Positions 10,333 to 18,971 of a stretch of DNA of 64,000 nucleotides are shown here, piece after piece. The notes beneath the pieces are model-generated. The model was not told the origin of the DNA. It did no database searches and saw only the letters and a list, made by a program, of their open reading frames with translations. The DNA is from a virus, in the IMG/VR virus record IMGVR_UViG_3300028569_002824, positions 32,001-96,000 of that record. The stretch is one strand, 5' to 3'. Position numbers and translations under genes: made by a program. How positions within the stretch are numbered: the first letter of the stretch is position 1; every line of letters begins with the position of its first letter.

Positions 10333-11135
10333 GTTGTTTGTTGTTTTAAATATTTAATTACTTCTTGTTCTGTTGCTTCAGGAACAGCAAAAATATCTTG
10401 TCCATGCAACGCTTTGAATGTGTTTCTGGCATCATTAAAGCGCTCTTGAAACGTATTAACATCTCTTACTGTTGAATCCGTGGTGAAATCACTTAAATTG
10501 TGTAACATATTCCAACTTCCGTAAATATCAGCAAACCACCAAAACGGAGTAGTGAACCCATGCTTAGCCGCCCTATAAGTTAACTCGAGATGGTCACCGT
10601 GTCCTTTATTAAATAAATGGTGATGCAATCCTATTGTTTGTAATGCGCTTCTTGTGTAAAACGTAAACGCTCCTAAAATATTTTTAGTTAACACAATTTT
10701 AATATTGTCTTTATATTCAACAATTTTTCTATAAATTGGCTTCAAATCTGAGTTTAAATTTTCTCTTTGTGAAAATCCAAAATTGAAATGTTGAATGCCA
10801 GTTGCAAGTGATGTGTTTATATAGTGTTCAAATATGTTTGAGTCGGTTATCATTACATCATCTTCTAAAGTGAAAATATAATCACAACCTAAATCCAGCA
10901 AACAAGTCATTAATGTGTTTTTGCTAGCTCCTACGTGCATATTATCCACGTTTTGGATAATATTTACATCTCTATAATCGTTGGTTAATTTTAATCCATC
11001 ATTAACAACAACTAACTCGTCAATACAAGAAAGAGTGGGCAAAACAGAATTAATACATTTTTCAAAAAAATGTTCTCTGTTACACGTTACAATTCCAACG
11101 CCGATCTTTTTTCGTTTAGATATAATATTACTCAT
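10326..11135 (-). CDS. GT2-family glycosyltransferase (paralog of 9547-10332)
   Basis: GIVTCNR, VVVNDG, VGASKN, FTLEDD; shares the PFWxFxDI motif with its neighbour. Confidence 0.85.
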   Translation of the reverse strand: MSNIISKRKKIGVGIVTCNREHFFEKCINSVLPTLSCIDELVVVNDGLKLTNDYRDVNIIQNVDNMHVGASKNTLMTCLLDLGCDYIFTLEDDVMITDSNIFEHYINTSLATGIQHFNFGFSQRENLNSDLKPIYRKIVEYKDNIKIVLTKNILGAFTFYTRSALQTIGLHHHLFNKGHGDHLELTYRAAKHGFTTPFWWFADIYGSWNMLHNLSDFTTDSTVRDVNTFQERFNDARNTFKALHGQDIFAVPEATEQEVIKYLKQQTTW

Positions 11136-12237
11136 TTAGTACTTGTGACGTTCTAAACAATTCAATACATTTATTTAGAACTTCTTGTTTGGTTGCTCTT
11201 GTTTCAATGCGATCAATAAATTCTGAAAACGCAGTCTCCACATCCAATGACAGTTTTTCAATTTCATTAACTTGAGGTTGAGCTTTGTCCAAAATATTAA
11301 ATTCGGTCCTGAGTTGAAAAGGTTCGTATTGAGATAATTTTGTTATTAACAGATCAACAGTTAATGCATCAGTTTCCACATCAACATAAATGCTTATTAT
11401 ATTTCCCTTCACTATTTGAGGTAGATTTTTATATTTTTTTTGAATTAAATCGGTGATGGATAATCTATAATGTTTTGGTGTTGTGTCGTTCTGTATAAAT
11501 TCTACGCTAAGATCGATTAAATTTAATACAGATACTCCTTTCGGTTGTTCTCTGTCACTGAAATCCATCTCATATGGTGAGCCTAAATACAAGACAAATT
11601 TATCTTCGTATTTTCTGTGATCTCTACAGTGAAAATGTCCGGTTATAACACAATTCGAATTTTTGAGTAGTTCAGCAGCTGTATCACCATGGTCACAAAT
11701 TTTGTTAGCATTCATTTTGAAGTTAATAATTTCAAAATGTCCTACTATAACGTCAACCAGCTGAGTTGGAGGTTGATCTAATATCTCGTTAACATGAGCT
11801 TTCCATGGACAAAATAAAATTTTACGATTACCTGCATTGATGATGGTTAGTTTTGAGTGAACAAATATATTTTGATTAGCTAAAATTTCAACCGAATTAA
11901 CTTCTGCTGAAGTAGACAAGAAGGCGTCGTGATTTCCTGGTATTATATGTATATAAAAGTCGGATAACTTATCAAAAAACTTTTTAGCAACATGTAAGGT
12001 ATTTACACCAATTTCATGCCTGTCGTGAAACGTATCTCCTGCGAAAATAATAGTATCCAAATCTTGACTGATCATTGTATTTTTAATGAAATCAGCAACA
12101 GAAAGACACGTGTCGTGCCACATTGAAGAATTTTGATGTACACCAAGGTGCAAATCAGAAAAAAACAATATCTTGTTATTTTTAGGATTAACCTTCAAAG
12201 TGTCCACCAGATGTATAGTCGTCGCACGATTCGACAT
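11128..12237 (-). CDS. 47: Mre11/SbcD-like nuclease (gp47); true start possibly GTG near 12207
   Basis: Metallophosphoesterase motifs SDLHLG, GDTFH, GNHD, GH, GHFH and GSPY. Confidence 0.93.
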   Translation of the reverse strand: MSNRATTIHLVDTLKVNPKNNKILFFSDLHLGVHQNSSMWHDTCLSVADFIKNTMISQDLDTIIFAGDTFHDRHEIGVNTLHVAKKFFDKLSDFYIHIIPGNHDAFLSTSAEVNSVEILANQNIFVHSKLTIINAGNRKILFCPWKAHVNEILDQPPTQLVDVIVGHFEIINFKMNANKICDHGDTAAELLKNSNCVITGHFHCRDHRKYEDKFVLYLGSPYEMDFSDREQPKGVSVLNLIDLSVEFIQNDTTPKHYRLSITDLIQKKYKNLPQIVKGNIISIYVDVETDALTVDLLITKLSQYEPFQLRTEFNILDKAQPQVNEIEKLSLDVETAFSEFIDRIETRATKQEVLNKCIELFRTSQVLNE

Positions 12238-12835
12238 GTGTATTTTTCTTGGATGGTATTAGCCCACTACAAATGTAATTTTCGTACATTTCCTCTTGAT
12301 ATCGTTTGATGGTATCAAAGTCCTTTTTATTTTTTTTAATGCAGTTTTGAAAAGCATGATAAGCTACTTTAGTAAAATACGAAAATGGATTATACCCCCC
12401 ATCACATTTAAACCTTTTTCTTCTAAGGGCTGTCATCATTTTAACTATAGCGTCACCTTGCATTTCTACCTTAAAGCTATATGAGTAAAAATTTCTAGCT
12501 AATCCAAGCCGTACAGCTATCATTTGAACCATTCCTGCGAGATTTTCAGACAATATACCAGTTTCATAGAACTCTTTGATTTTTTTTTCCATTTCTATAG
12601 GATCTATATACACATCCTTAAGCTCCTCCTTTGTTCTCCTAACGCGTTTAATTGGAGAAGAGGATGTTGTAACAACATTAACAGAATCATCTACTGCGCT
12701 CTCCTCTGGATTATTATTTGATTCCCTGCTGTCGTTTTTTTTGCTAGGAGGTTTTGAATTAGTTGTTTGTTTGAGTTTGCTGGTTTTAGCAGCAAGCTTA
12801 ACAACTTTTTGTTTGGTAGGTAAAGTCTTTTCCAT
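12188..12835 (-). CDS. 55: T4 gp55-like late sigma factor with a low-complexity N-terminal extension
   Basis: NFYSYSFKVEMQGDA and NPFSYFTKVAYHAF match gp55 motifs; adjacent to 47. Confidence 0.88.
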   Translation of the reverse strand: MEKTLPTKQKVVKLAAKTSKLKQTTNSKPPSKKNDSRESNNNPEESAVDDSVNVVTTSSSPIKRVRRTKEELKDVYIDPIEMEKKIKEFYETGILSENLAGMVQMIAVRLGLARNFYSYSFKVEMQGDAIVKMMTALRRKRFKCDGGYNPFSYFTKVAYHAFQNCIKKNKKDFDTIKRYQEEMYENYICSGLIPSKKNTHVESCDDYTSGGHFEG

Positions 12836-12896
12836 GGAAAAGTACATATTAAGCCATAATAAGATTAAATCAACTAACGGCAACTAAAATAACCGT

Positions 12897-14336
12897 TTAT
12901 TGCTCATTGAGTTTTGATGAAATTACTGGAATTGACTCTGAGTTATATAATCTCAATCTTTCTTCGAAATGTTTTTGACCATACACTAAACAGACGTCAG
13001 CTATATCAAATATAGTAGCCATTTGCTTTGTGTGATGTAATCGCAAACTTCTGCCTATTGATTGTATGATCTTAATTCGAGCCTTTCCTATAGCAGCAAA
13101 AACTATATTATGTAAATTTTTAATGGAAATTCCTGTCGAAAATATTTTTGAAATAGCGATGCAAACAACTCCCGACCTTTCCTCCATGAGTTTTCTCATG
13201 TTTTCTCGTTCTTCAAGCTCAACTGATCCCTGAATAAAATATATTTGTTTATCGGTAGTCGTTTGTAAATGTTGTAGTAAGTGTTCTCCGTGAACTATTC
13301 TATCTACCAAAATCAATGTGTTTGTTTCTAGTTTATTAACCAACTTCGAAATAACCGAATTTCTATATTCGTTGGTATGCAGCCACGTAATCTCTTCTTC
13401 ATAACCAGCTGTCGGTTCCGACATAGAGGGTTTAGTAAAAGTTGGAACATTTTTATATGTTAATTCTAACGAAACTACTCTTACTTTAGAAATATATTTG
13501 TCTTGTCTTAGTTCTAGTGATTTTTTTTGATATATAACCGGCCCGAATATTCTATTAATAGACCAAACATCAAAACTGCACTCCGGTAAAGAGCCGGTAA
13601 ATCCAAACATTCTGTTGCATTTTACGTTTTTAATGAGCTTTGATATCTTTTCAGCTGTAGCAAACTTGTGACACTCATCAACAATTAATGTATTGAATCG
13701 TTCCAACGCGTGTTTATCTTGTTTTTCTGATAACAATATTTGGTTATTAGCAATAACTATTTTAGTATCAGTTAATTCATATGAGCCTGTCCACTTAGAG
13801 ATAATATTTTCGTTTATTCCATAATCCAAAAAATCTTGATAAGTCTGTTGAACAAGTTGTATGTCAGGAACCAATATTAAAATATTATCACTTGTGTGTT
13901 TCAACACAGTAGATGCTATAATTGCAATGACCAACGTTTTACCAGCAGAAGTCGGAAGAACTACAACACCACGACCGCGCTGAAGTGCTTTTTGTGCAGA
14001 TTCTTTTTGGTAGTCTCTGGGATCAACCATTAATTCAACCATGTCTCCTGTAATTGAATCATTAAGAATCCGCTTAGATAGTTCTTGTGAAACATTAATC
14101 CGGACAGAAGGAAATTTAATTTTTAGGTTTTGACAAATACTATCAAAAAACGGTAAATCAAAATATCCCTTGCTGGTAATTGCATACTTTCTCACCGGCA
14201 TGTTTCGCCCCAATCTCTTTCGTAAAAAAACTAAAGCCTTATCTTCAATGGAGAAAAATTCTCTAATTTGATCCAAATATTCAGAGACTATTTTTGGTTT
14301 TCTCGAAACCGTATCAAAATCAAATAAAACAATCAT
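12897..14336 (-). CDS. uvsW: UvsW-like SF2 helicase
   Basis: PRDYQ, LPTSAGKT, DECH, GFTGS, FSTGISI, QSIGRSLR. Confidence 0.93.
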   Translation of the reverse strand: MIVLFDFDTVSRKPKIVSEYLDQIREFFSIEDKALVFLRKRLGRNMPVRKYAITSKGYFDLPFFDSICQNLKIKFPSVRINVSQELSKRILNDSITGDMVELMVDPRDYQKESAQKALQRGRGVVVLPTSAGKTLVIAIIASTVLKHTSDNILILVPDIQLVQQTYQDFLDYGINENIISKWTGSYELTDTKIVIANNQILLSEKQDKHALERFNTLIVDECHKFATAEKISKLIKNVKCNRMFGFTGSLPECSFDVWSINRIFGPVIYQKKSLELRQDKYISKVRVVSLELTYKNVPTFTKPSMSEPTAGYEEEITWLHTNEYRNSVISKLVNKLETNTLILVDRIVHGEHLLQHLQTTTDKQIYFIQGSVELEERENMRKLMEERSGVVCIAISKIFSTGISIKNLHNIVFAAIGKARIKIIQSIGRSLRLHHTKQMATIFDIADVCLVYGQKHFEERLRLYNSESIPVISSKLNEQ

Positions 14337-14758
14337 TTTAAAATATCATCCAACACTTTTTCGAATCTCCAAAATATTTTAGGTTTGCACTCCAATTTTG
14401 TCAAAAACCCAGCCCAGTCAATTTCGTCAAGCTGCAGTTGACTAGTTGGAATCACTTCGCTTACTAAATTAATATCACTGAGCTTTTTTACAGTAACTAA
14501 AAATAAAGTAACTTGCTTTGTTATATTGGTTCGTTTTTTATTAAAGTAATTTACTACGTAATTTGTTGATAATTTATTTTTATGAACTTTGATTCCCGTT
14601 TCTTCCCAACATTCTCTTATAGCAGCCTCCATTAAATCTTCTCCTTCTTCAACACCGCCTTTAGGAAACGAAAAACTGTTGGTATAAGAAGCGTTGGTTG
14701 GATGACAGAGTAATACTTTATTGTTATACTGAAGAATAATGCCTGCAGCGATCTTCAT
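14333..14758 (-). CDS. NUDIX hydrolase
   Basis: Nudix box GGVEEGEDLMEAAIRECWEETG. Confidence 0.92.
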   Translation of the reverse strand: MKIAAGIILQYNNKVLLCHPTNASYTNSFSFPKGGVEEGEDLMEAAIRECWEETGIKVHKNKLSTNYVVNYFNKKRTNITKQVTLFLVTVKKLSDINLVSEVIPTSQLQLDEIDWAGFLTKLECKPKIFWRFEKVLDDILK

Positions 14759-15162
14759 GTTGTTTCGAGTGTAATAATTTTTGTTAAATTTGTCATACCA
14801 TATTGAGCATCTCTCAGATTTGACTCTACTTTATTTAAGTATTCTACTACGAGTTCGTTGTTGTTAATTTCTTCGTCTATTTTAATAATAACATCATTAG
14901 ACAAAATAGAGTCATTAATAGTTTTAATGTTGAGTGACACTGGAGATTCCGCCTCTAATTTTTGCTTGATTGTTTTTGCAGCCTTATCTTTTGCTTTCTT
15001 GAGCTTTTGTATTTGTTGTTTGTGAAACATTAGTCTTCCAACCCAGTAATGTCTTACTGAAGGCAATGCCATCTGAGCGTCCTTGATGTTGATTTCATCA
15101 AATTTCAAAAACGTTTCGATTTTTTCGTGATATTCGTACATGAGGTTTGATGAGTCAGTCAT
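14755..15162 (-). CDS. uvsY: UvsY-like recombination mediator (start at ATG 15162)
   Basis: Helical ~135-aa protein, FLKFDEINI..LPSVRHYW pattern, upstream of uvsW as in T4-like phages. Confidence 0.75.
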   Translation of the reverse strand: MTDSSNLMYEYHEKIETFLKFDEINIKDAQMALPSVRHYWVGRLMFHKQQIQKLKKAKDKAAKTIKQKLEAESPVSLNIKTINDSILSNDVIIKIDEEINNNELVVEYLNKVESNLRDAQYGMTNLTKIITLETT

Positions 15163-15243
15163 AAAGAGATGTAATTTATAGTATAACCAAACAAAAATAA
15201 AACAACCCAAATAGGCTTTAAATGTCTTTAAGTTCCGGTTATT

Positions 15244-15535
15244 CAGATTGAAGGAGGGAGGTTCCCCATTGCTGAGAAAACCTCCCTGTCTTTGAAATTC
15301 CGTTTAAAACGAGTCTCAGTCGGGGTAACAAGCTTCAAAAAATCCTGTGATTAATATGCCCCCTCGGTTGTCCTGTAAGGGCTGGCTTGAGTGGTCCTGG
15401 CAAATGCCAGACAACGGTCACGCAAATAGCGCACATCGAGAAATGTTTTTAATTTATTAATCGCTGATTCCTGTTTTTTATCTTCCTACGAAGACCTACG
15501 CAAATGCGCTCCGGCTAGTCCTAACAGCGATGTTG
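15244..15535 (-). ncRNA. Unidentified structured non-coding RNA (about 290 nt)
   Basis: GC-rich gap with no ORF in the track. It contains several stems with G-U pairs and a GCAA tetraloop on the minus strand, and has its own upstream promoter (see findings). Confidence 0.6.
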
Positions 15536-15537
15536 TT

Positions 15538-15565
15538 AATATCGTTTACTTAGTATATTTGTCAA
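15538..15565 (-). promoter_or_regulatory. Sigma70-like promoter with an embedded late-type TAAGTA
   Basis: TTGACA (15565-15560), 16 nt, GATATT; TAAGTA at 15552-15547. Confidence 0.6.
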
Positions 15566-15616
15566 CCATATTAAGAAATTATTTTTTTTTTTTATTAATT
15601 TACATTAAATAACACT

Positions 15617-15859
15617 ATGGAATTTCACGAGTTAGTAGAAAAAATCCTACAAGAAGACAATGTATCAGGAGGATCTGGATCAGCGTTCGGTCCAAATGTT
15701 GGATCTACATCTACCACATTTAGCGGAGATAACTATGCCAAGGGTGATGCTAGACGAATAACCGGTGTATTTGATGGAATTTTAACTCGCAATGGAATGA
15801 ATAAAAAAGCAAACAAAAGGAAAGCCAAAAAACGTAAAAAGGACAAAAAATGGAATTAG
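15617..15859 (+). CDS. Small late protein with a basic tail, possible head-internal protein
   Basis: TAAATA at 15606-15611; N-terminus MEFHELVEKILQE; Lys-rich C-terminus. Confidence 0.6.
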   Translation: MEFHELVEKILQEDNVSGGSGSAFGPNVGSTSTTFSGDNYAKGDARRITGVFDGILTRNGMNKKANKRKAKKRKKDKKWN

Positions 15860-16290
15860 GGCACTGGAGATTAGCAGAGGGGATACAACTTAATCTAAGT
15901 GCATTTGGGTTTATTTATGAAATTACAAATAATGCTACGGAACGTCCTAAAAAGTATATAGGCAAAAAGCAATGTGTGTTTAAAGTAAGAAAAAAACCTC
16001 TAAAAGGCAAAACTAGAGCCAGATTAGGAGTTAAAGAATCGGATTGGAAAACTTACACAGGCTCATCTAAAGAGTTAAACGATGATATTAAAAAATACGG
16101 AAAAGAAATGTTCGATTTTGTAATTTTAGAGTGGTGCGATTCAAAATTTGAGTTAGGATATAAGGAAATCAAAAAACAAATAATGGAAGACGTTTTATTA
16201 AGTGAAGATTATTATAATGGAATAATAAATTGTCGCTTGGGACGCGTTCCTAAAGCATTTAATACACGTGAAAGTAAAAGTATTTCCTAA
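15850..16290 (+). CDS. denA: GIY-YIG endonuclease, T4 endonuclease II-like
   Basis: GFIYEITN...KYIGKK...ESDWKTYTGSS..L...YYN. Confidence 0.75.
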   Translation: MELGHWRLAEGIQLNLSAFGFIYEITNNATERPKKYIGKKQCVFKVRKKPLKGKTRARLGVKESDWKTYTGSSKELNDDIKKYGKEMFDFVILEWCDSKFELGYKEIKKQIMEDVLLSEDYYNGIINCRLGRVPKAFNTRESKSIS

Positions 16291-16708
16291 ATCCAGAGTC
16301 TGTGCCATTGACGCCTATCCTTCTTTTGAAACCAGCTTATCTAAGGCGATCCAATTCACCAAAAAGCACGATATAGCAATTAACTCAGCTGACGGAAAAC
16401 GACTAATTTTAGGATTCTTTTTAGATGAAATTGCTAAACACGTCAACGATACAACAAGTTTGTTTCCAAAAGTATTGTTTATGTCTACCAAATATGCAAA
16501 TTCAAAAACAAAGTCTTTTATACATAAACATGTAGTAAAAATATTAGAGCGATTGCCTATTCACTATTGCGGAATTTATGAGCCAACGTCTCCTGATTTA
16601 GAGATGGCTGCTTCGAGTAGCTTAAGTCACACAAAAAACAGTAAGAATTTTAATAGAGCTGTAAATAAATTGAGAATTAAAAATTCCCAACATTTCAGCA
16701 CATTATAA
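16268..16708 (+). CDS. Hypothetical protein
   Basis: 146-aa ORF overlapping the previous stop region. Confidence 0.55.
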   Translation: MKVKVFPKSRVCAIDAYPSFETSLSKAIQFTKKHDIAINSADGKRLILGFFLDEIAKHVNDTTSLFPKVLFMSTKYANSKTKSFIHKHVVKILERLPIHYCGIYEPTSPDLEMAASSSLSHTKNSKNFNRAVNKLRIKNSQHFSTL

Positions 16709-16709
16709 T

Positions 16710-17354
16710 TTAAACTGCCGACGGGTCAATTAACGTACCGTCTTCTTCTCCGTATCCACAACCATTATCTTTAATGTATAATTTCATTTGCGGAACTCTC
16801 ATGTCGGGCGGACCATCTAACCGTATTACTGCTGGACAGTCTTCTCTAGGAAAGAAAGCTCCTGTATTTTTCTCGTATGAAGCGATCATTGCATCAAAAA
16901 TGTTATCAATTTCTTCTCTGAATGCTGGATCAGATTCTCTTCCTTCTCTTGATACAATAGGAATTTCAGGTCTTGCTGGAACGTAAAAAATAACATCTAT
17001 GTGTTTTAACGATAGTGCAGCAATTGTTTTACATTCCATCACAAAATCTGTTGTAAATCCTTTTGTTTCTTTAACGTGATGCCATAAAGTATAAGCAATA
17101 TTATCAATTGGACATCTATCGAAAATAACAAACTTGTCATCTGACGTACTTGCTAATTGAGTTTCATCTATAAGAGCATTTAGTATAGCTTTTTGAGAAT
17201 CTGGATCACCATCCTTGTTTAATTTAATTTGTTGTTCTTTAATGATGTCTCTGTACGTTTTTTGAGGCTTTTTGTACATTGGCCATTGTTTAATAAAGTT
17301 GTCTATTAGAGTGGATTTACCTACACAATGGGCTCCTATTAGGGCAATACGCAT
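16710..17354 (-). CDS. P-loop nucleotide kinase-like protein (AAA_28/dNMP kinase type)
   Basis: IALIGAHCVGKST and FDRCPID motifs. Confidence 0.75.
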   Translation of the reverse strand: MRIALIGAHCVGKSTLIDNFIKQWPMYKKPQKTYRDIIKEQQIKLNKDGDPDSQKAILNALIDETQLASTSDDKFVIFDRCPIDNIAYTLWHHVKETKGFTTDFVMECKTIAALSLKHIDVIFYVPARPEIPIVSREGRESDPAFREEIDNIFDAMIASYEKNTGAFFPREDCPAVIRLDGPPDMRVPQMKLYIKDNGCGYGEEDGTLIDPSAV

Positions 17355-17384
17355 ATATTTTAATTACTACTATCTTGAATTAAA

Positions 17385-18155
17385 TCAAACTTTTAAAGCT
17401 AAATCCCAAATTAGTAAATGAAGACGAGGACTAAAATTAACATGCATGGCTTTTGCATATTCTGCTACAGCTTGTGCTCTGTCAATATGTTCTTGTCTTG
17501 AACCACAGCATGGCATAAACCACACTCGTTGGAGAGGTACGTTTATTCCCTCGTAATCATTAATATATTTTCTCCAAATTTCCTCTATGTCTCGATCTGA
17601 GGTTATGACAAACTTGAATCCCGAATTGTGATCAACATGCCATCTAAGCACTTCTGGTTTATATGTTTTTTCTTCTGGATCGCCATTTGTAGTCAACTTT
17701 GGAGATGTAGTAAAAGTTGCGCAAAATTCTGTTACCCAACGTTCATCAGGCTGAAGAGTAGCATTAGTTTCAAAGTCAATTCGTGGATTGAATCCGTATT
17801 TTTCGTTAAAGGCTTCTATAAACTTAATAAGCTGCTTTTGCTGAATTAAAGGTTCGCCTCCCGTCAACTTGAAAATTGCTCTGTTTCTTAGATGTTCTAC
17901 ATAATTCTTTTCTTCCATCATCTGGAAGATCTCCGCAAAAGTCATTTTATTTTTAACTGACCAGGAAATAAAAGAATCACAACCGTTCGGACTGTTTTCT
18001 GATGCGAACCCCTTGCATGTAAGGTTGCACATCGACATTCTCATGAAAACTGAAGGTTGTCCGACAAATTCTCCTTCCCCCTCCACAGTGTAGAACGTTT
18101 TATCATCTGATAGAATTAACGTTTCTGTTTGTATATCAATATTATTAGTTTTCAT
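17385..18155 (-). CDS. queE: 7-carboxy-7-deazaguanine synthase, radical SAM (start ATG 18155)
   Basis: FYTVEGEG..VG.PSVF.R, CNLTC-x11-CDS, LTGGEP, ETNAT, SPKL, SPRLH. Confidence 0.88.
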   Translation of the reverse strand: MKTNNIDIQTETLILSDDKTFYTVEGEGEFVGQPSVFMRMSMCNLTCKGFASENSPNGCDSFISWSVKNKMTFAEIFQMMEEKNYVEHLRNRAIFKLTGGEPLIQQKQLIKFIEAFNEKYGFNPRIDFETNATLQPDERWVTEFCATFTTSPKLTTNGDPEEKTYKPEVLRWHVDHNSGFKFVITSDRDIEEIWRKYINDYEGINVPLQRVWFMPCCGSRQEHIDRAQAVAEYAKAMHVNFSPRLHLLIWDLALKV

Positions 18156-18615
18156 CTTCTTCGTCTTTTGGTTCTGCGTAAATTGCTGAATTTTGTTCAT
18201 GTTCCCAAACCTCCACTTTAGATACCCAACATCTATGTCTGGTTTCTTCGTTACATTCGAGAAATAATCTTGTTGTATTAAAACACCACTCTGCTGTTTT
18301 CTCAATTCCTACACTACTCATTACTCTAAGATCACAACCTCCTTTTTTGTGTAGATCTTGAAATTCAGCTATTAGTGGATCGTCTGCAGCTATACACAAC
18401 GTGTGATCAAATTGGTGTTGAAGTAGTTGCTTTAGTTCTTTCAAACCACCAAAATTTACTGCCCAATTGCGGTGATCTAATTCAGAACATTCAAACCAAA
18501 ATTTTGCCATCAAGCGGTATCCGTGAACAAATCTACAGTGTGTCCCATCAGCCTTCCATTGCCTAAACGCACACGATCCCAATTCTATTACTTTAGTTGA
18601 TGTATAAGTCCCCAT
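18145..18615 (-). CDS. queD: 6-carboxy-5,6,7,8-tetrahydropterin synthase
   Basis: T-fold motifs HCRFVHGY, NFGGLK, FDHT, GIEKTA and EHEQNSA; adjacent to queE. Confidence 0.88.
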   Translation of the reverse strand: MGTYTSTKVIELGSCAFRQWKADGTHCRFVHGYRLMAKFWFECSELDHRNWAVNFGGLKELKQLLQHQFDHTLCIAADDPLIAEFQDLHKKGGCDLRVMSSVGIEKTAEWCFNTTRLFLECNEETRHRCWVSKVEVWEHEQNSAIYAEPKDEEDEN

Positions 18616-18620
18616 ATTTC

Positions 18621-18902
18621 TTACATGTGATCAAATGACGTTACCTCAATATTTGATTTAAATTCTTTCAACAACTCTTCTGAGATTTCCTCTTCGTAGT
18701 TTTCCTCTTGAAGAAATTGAATGTCGCTAATTTTAATATCAGGCTTTAAGCTCTTGATGCGTTTCGCTAGCTGAAACAATTTATGTTGATACTCTTTACC
18801 TGTATTTGATAACACATTTATCGAACAAGAAAATAGCAAGGCGGATAAAATCGAAGAGAACTCATCTTCTGATACTGAAATATTTAGAGAGCTTTTAGGC
18901 AT
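18621..18902 (-). CDS. Hypothetical protein; first gene of the queD-queE transcript
   Basis: 93-aa ORF behind a TTGACA...TAAGAT promoter. Confidence 0.55.
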   Translation of the reverse strand: MPKSSLNISVSEDEFSSILSALLFSCSINVLSNTGKEYQHKLFQLAKRIKSLKPDIKISDIQFLQEENYEEEISEELLKEFKSNIEVTSFDHM

Positions 18903-18971
18903 GAAAGTAATCTTAACACAATTTTACTTTATGTCAAGAACATGCAGGTAAAAAATCAAAGATTACAACAA

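Noticed and set aside
15244-15535. RNase P, SRP, 6S, group I/II intron or hammerhead identity for the structured region
   Set aside because: I could not find the GAGGAAAGUCC, SRP domain IV, P7/domain V or CUGAUGA...GAAA cores by eye. An Rfam search is still needed.
15850-16290. Mobile homing endonuclease
   Set aside because: It is a short, catalytic-domain-only GIY-YIG of the endonuclease II type, with no DNA-binding tail and no interrupted host gene
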